Shown here: positions 61,048 to 64,000 of the stretch, piece by piece
Layout of the letters: the number at the start of each line of letters is the position of its first letter
How positions within the stretch are numbered: the stretch's first letter is position 1
Source: an uncultured delta proteobacterium
GTDB lineage: Bacteria; Myxococcota_A; Polyangia; Fen-1088
Length of the DNA: 64,000 nt
Assembly: GCA_963737265.1 (NCBI GenBank)
Contig: CAVTRY010000011.1
Location: 32,001-96,000, forward strand
Reading direction: 5' to 3'
Translations under genes and position numbers: made by a program
The notes under the pieces: generated by a model
Told to the model about the DNA's origin: nothing
Database searches by the model: none
The model's input: only the letters and a program-made list of their open reading frames with translations

Positions 61048-61257
61048 CTATTCCTTTCCTGGAACGACCACGGGCCCTTGGCAGATCTTGCGGCGGTATT
61101 CGACCACGTGGGCGACGACGTCCTCGACGCTGTCCTTGACCAAAATATGGTGTCCTGTCGTGAGAGTCAGCATTGTGTCGGGCGTCTTCTCCACCGTCGC
61201 AATCAACTCGGCGTTGACGACAACCTCGCTTCCGTCCAGGCGAATCAGTGGAATCAT
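61048..61257 (-). CDS. flbD: FlbD/SwrD family flagellar protein
   Basis: MIPLIRLDG...VNAELI...TPDT...VKDS. Confidence 0.9.
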   Translation of the reverse strand: MIPLIRLDGSEVVVNAELIATVEKTPDTMLTLTTGHHILVKDSVEDVVAHVVEYRRKICQGPVVVPGKE

Positions 61258-61274
61258 TCGGAATCTCCTCATCA

Positions 61275-61302
61275 GTCTCGGCGTACCGCGGTTTCCCCTT
61301 GA
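61275..61302 (-). promoter_or_regulatory. Putative sigma28 promoter of flbD-motA-motB
   Basis: TCAAG-N15-GCCGAGAC on minus strand. Confidence 0.55.
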
Positions 61303-61366
61303 GGCCCGGTCTGTGCTCTTTGGCGAGTGAACTCAATCCAGGAAGACCGCGGGGCTTAGCGATGGA

Positions 61367-62701
61367 CTAGCGCTTGAGTTGCATGAGCTCGGAGAGAAGC
61401 GTATCCGCGGTTTGAAGCGTCTTTGCATTCGCCTCAAAGTTGCGTTGCGCGGCAATCATGTTGACGAATTCGTTGGCAATGTCGACGTTCGACTGCTCGA
61501 GGGTGCCGGCAGAAATACTACCCCGGTCCGCGGTGGCAGGGGCGCCCAACGTGGGGGCACCGGACGCAGGCTGCTCCGAATAGAGGGTAGAGCCGTCTCG
61601 CTTGAGCTGATCGGGAGCCTGGAAGTTGGCAAGGATAACTTGTCCAAGGGTCCTGGTTTGTCCGTTGGTGAAACTGCCGGTGATAGTGCCATCTTGTCCA
61701 ACCGAGATCCCGCTTAAGCTGCCCGAGCTAGATCCCTCCTGGGTTACGAAGCTGACTGCGGAGTTCGCCGCATATTGGGTCAACCCGTCGAGTCCGCTTC
61801 CCCCGGCAAGGGTCCCTGTGCCAAAATCGAATGTGAGAGGTTGTGGGTCTGTCGCACCGAGCGGGTTGAATCCGTTCACGGTCGTCGTGTTCGAGATAAG
61901 TTTGCCTGCGGCGTCGAACTGAAGGGTGCCTGTGGCGACCTCGGTTGCTTTGCCGGGTGTGGCAACAGTGGCGCCATCGGATTCGGTAGCCAGATTGGCG
62001 CCGTCGGTGACCACGTGATACGTCCAATCGCCCGAATCGCCCGCTTGGGTGTCGGCGGCGTCGTTTTTCGAAAAGAAGATGTTTAGTTGGATGGCCTTGC
62101 CCAAAGAGTCGTAAACCGTCATGCTGGTATTGAAGTTCGATGTTGTCTCCGGATTGGCCGGGTCAAACGCTGGTGGAGCCGCGGCGGTCTGGTCGAGATT
62201 GCCGCGAATCGTGATGCTGCTGGTTGCAGCGGCTGGGGCGGAGGCGTTGCCGATTTCCAGGCCACCCAGAAGCCCGGATGTCACGGTTCCGGTGGCGTCG
62301 GCTTGGAGACCTTGAACCTGCAAACCGTCAAGGGTCGTCAAGTAACCATTCTTGTCGATAGTGAACTGACCATTGCGCGTGTAGTACGTGCCATCTTCGC
62401 CAGCGTAGTTGCCTTTGACGACAAATAGGCCATTGCCCTGAATCGCCAGGTTGGTCGAAACTCCCGTCGTCGTAAAACCGCCCTGAGAGAAGTTCTTTTG
62501 GATCGCTTGGACCGAGACGCCTAGGCCTTCTTGTCCATTCTCGCCGACCAGTTGTTGGGCCATCGCGTCGGCGAAGACGGTGCTGGCGGATTTGAAGCCG
62601 ACAGTGCTGCTATTCGCGATATTGTCGCCGACGACGCCGAGCTCGGTCGTCGTTGCATCGAGACCGCTTGCTCCCACGTACAGTGATGAAAATAGACTCA
62701 T
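61367..62701 (-). CDS. flgE: Hook protein FlgE
   Basis: GDNIANSSTVGFK, YTRNGQF, VYDSLG, LEQSNVD, QRNFEANAK. Confidence 0.96.
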   Translation of the reverse strand: MSLFSSLYVGASGLDATTTELGVVGDNIANSSTVGFKSASTVFADAMAQQLVGENGQEGLGVSVQAIQKNFSQGGFTTTGVSTNLAIQGNGLFVVKGNYAGEDGTYYTRNGQFTIDKNGYLTTLDGLQVQGLQADATGTVTSGLLGGLEIGNASAPAAATSSITIRGNLDQTAAAPPAFDPANPETTSNFNTSMTVYDSLGKAIQLNIFFSKNDAADTQAGDSGDWTYHVVTDGANLATESDGATVATPGKATEVATGTLQFDAAGKLISNTTTVNGFNPLGATDPQPLTFDFGTGTLAGGSGLDGLTQYAANSAVSFVTQEGSSSGSLSGISVGQDGTITGSFTNGQTRTLGQVILANFQAPDQLKRDGSTLYSEQPASGAPTLGAPATADRGSISAGTLEQSNVDIANEFVNMIAAQRNFEANAKTLQTADTLLSELMQLKR

Positions 62702-62722
62702 GTTCGCATCCTTTCCTTTTTG

Positions 62723-63397
62723 TTACTGATCCACTTCTGAAATGTCTGAAAGCTGGAGGGTAGAACCGCCTGCGATGAACTGGGGCGTTCCGTTGTTGGT
62801 CGTGAATCCGGTAATGACAGCGGATTGAATGAACGGAACAGTCTGACCCGTCGAATTCGTTGCGGTAAGCTGAGCCGCGTAGGTTCCGGTCGCGACGGGC
62901 GAGCCGTTGTCATCAAGGCCGTCCCACTGGAACGAATTGGCCCCAGACAGTCCACTGCCCAGGGCGGCTGTGCGAACGGTCGCACCGCTGCTATCTTCAA
63001 CGACCATGGTGACGTTGGCGGCGGCCGCCGTGAGACTGGCCGAAATGGTAACGGGGGTTCCTTGGGTTACGGCGATCTGACCGGTCGCTTGGTTCGCACT
63101 GAATTGAGCGGTCTTGCCGACCAAACTTGCCGCGTTTGAAGTGCTTTGCGCGGTCAGCATCTGGGTTAAGGTGTCGTTGACATTGGTCATCTGCTCAAGT
63201 GACGAGAACTGGGCCAGCTGGGCCACGAACGCAGAGCTGTCCATGGGTTGCGTCGGATCCTGATATTGAAGTTGCGTAGTGAGGAGCGTTAGGAATTGTT
63301 GTTTTCCAAGGGCCGTAGGATCGTTTTGCTGCGCAGTCTGCTGCGCGGCTGCCGTTGCTGCACCCTGGATTTGCGAAACAGTGGATTGTATTGCCAT
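62723..63397 (-). CDS. flgD: Hook capping protein FlgD
   Basis: FLTLLTTQLQYQDP, QLAQFSSLEQ, FQWDG. Confidence 0.95.
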   Translation of the reverse strand: MAIQSTVSQIQGAATAAAQQTAQQNDPTALGKQQFLTLLTTQLQYQDPTQPMDSSAFVAQLAQFSSLEQMTNVNDTLTQMLTAQSTSNAASLVGKTAQFSANQATGQIAVTQGTPVTISASLTAAAANVTMVVEDSSGATVRTAALGSGLSGANSFQWDGLDDNGSPVATGTYAAQLTATNSTGQTVPFIQSAVITGFTTNNGTPQFIAGGSTLQLSDISEVDQ

Positions 63398-63407
63398 GGT
63401 TAACTCC

Positions 63408-64000
63408 TCATGCGGTGACGTGAATGTGTCGGTCGGCCGCGGCGTGATTCTTGGGCGAGGAAGCTGCGGAACGAAGGGTGGCGACGGGCGAATGCGTGTC
63501 CCGCTCCGTGATGCTGGGGTTGCTCTGGCCCTGCTGGCTTTGTTGCCCGGGCTGGCCGTTGTGTTGGTCCGTGGCGAAACTGCCCAGGGTTAGTCCCTCG
63601 CCGGCCAACACGGTGCGGACCTCGGGCGCCTTTGCCTCGAAAAGGGGTGACATCGTTCCGGTTACGTTGACGTCGGTGTTTCCGTCGCGCACGCGAACGT
63701 GGAGCGCGAGATCGCCGCTATTTGAGGCGATGGCAAGGTGGGCGGCATGCGGTAACACGGTGACGGAGAGACCTGGATCGTTGGCCACCCTGTCGACTAA
63801 TCCGGCTGCGTCTGGGGTAAGGACAGGCGGTGTCCAGGCGTCAGTCGAGGGCCTGGCGCTTGCAGGTATTGCCAGCGCCGGTTGTGTCGGGAAGAGCGCG
63901 GGGCGGTCTGCAGGGTTGGGCAGAGAGGGCGGCGTGTTGGTCGCCTGGGTGGTAGATGCTGGCTGGGTTTCGTGTCTCGCCGGAGAATCCTCTTCGCTGG
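63408..64000 (-). CDS. fliK: Hook-length control protein FliK-like, C-terminal part (runs off right edge)
   Basis: Pro/Ala/Thr-rich region then GDLALHVRV...LAGEGLTLG...IHVTA; directly upstream of flgD. Confidence 0.7.
   Translation of the reverse strand, partial: SEEDSPARHETQPASTTQATNTPPSLPNPADRPALFPTQPALAIPASARPSTDAWTPPVLTPDAAGLVDRVANDPGLSVTVLPHAAHLAIASNSGDLALHVRVRDGNTDVNVTGTMSPLFEAKAPEVRTVLAGEGLTLGSFATDQHNGQPGQQSQQGQSNPSITERDTHSPVATLRSAASSPKNHAAADRHIHVTA

Overview
High-GC bacterial chromosomal window, most likely Myxococcota (inferred from gene content, FtsK/LolA neighbourhood and intergenic repeat style). 1-6.1 kb: circularly permuted ATP-grasp / alpha-E / two-transglutaminase cluster plus a degenerate nucleotidyltransferase. 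6.4-13.8 kb: two-component and sigma54/ECF regulators. 14-18 kb: decayed accessory region (MobD-like ATPase, 5x zinc-ribbon protein, RND efflux relic interrupted by a 158-bp MITE). 18-29 kb: ftsK, lolA, a cytidylyltransferase-AEP transaminase fusion, apaG, two hybrid kinases. 29.4-64 kb: a large flagellar cluster. The best candidate for an undescribed system is a three-enzyme cassette at the convergence of the two flagellar arms: a SPINDLY-type GT41 glycosyltransferase with its own sigma28-like promoter, a B12 radical SAM protein with zinc-ribbon/TPR tail, and a SAM methyltransferase, plausibly a flagellar filament glycosylation/methylation module. Four single-base insertions probably reflect sequencing error. 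No rRNA, tRNA or CRISPR array was recognised. All assignments are by eye; no database searches were run.
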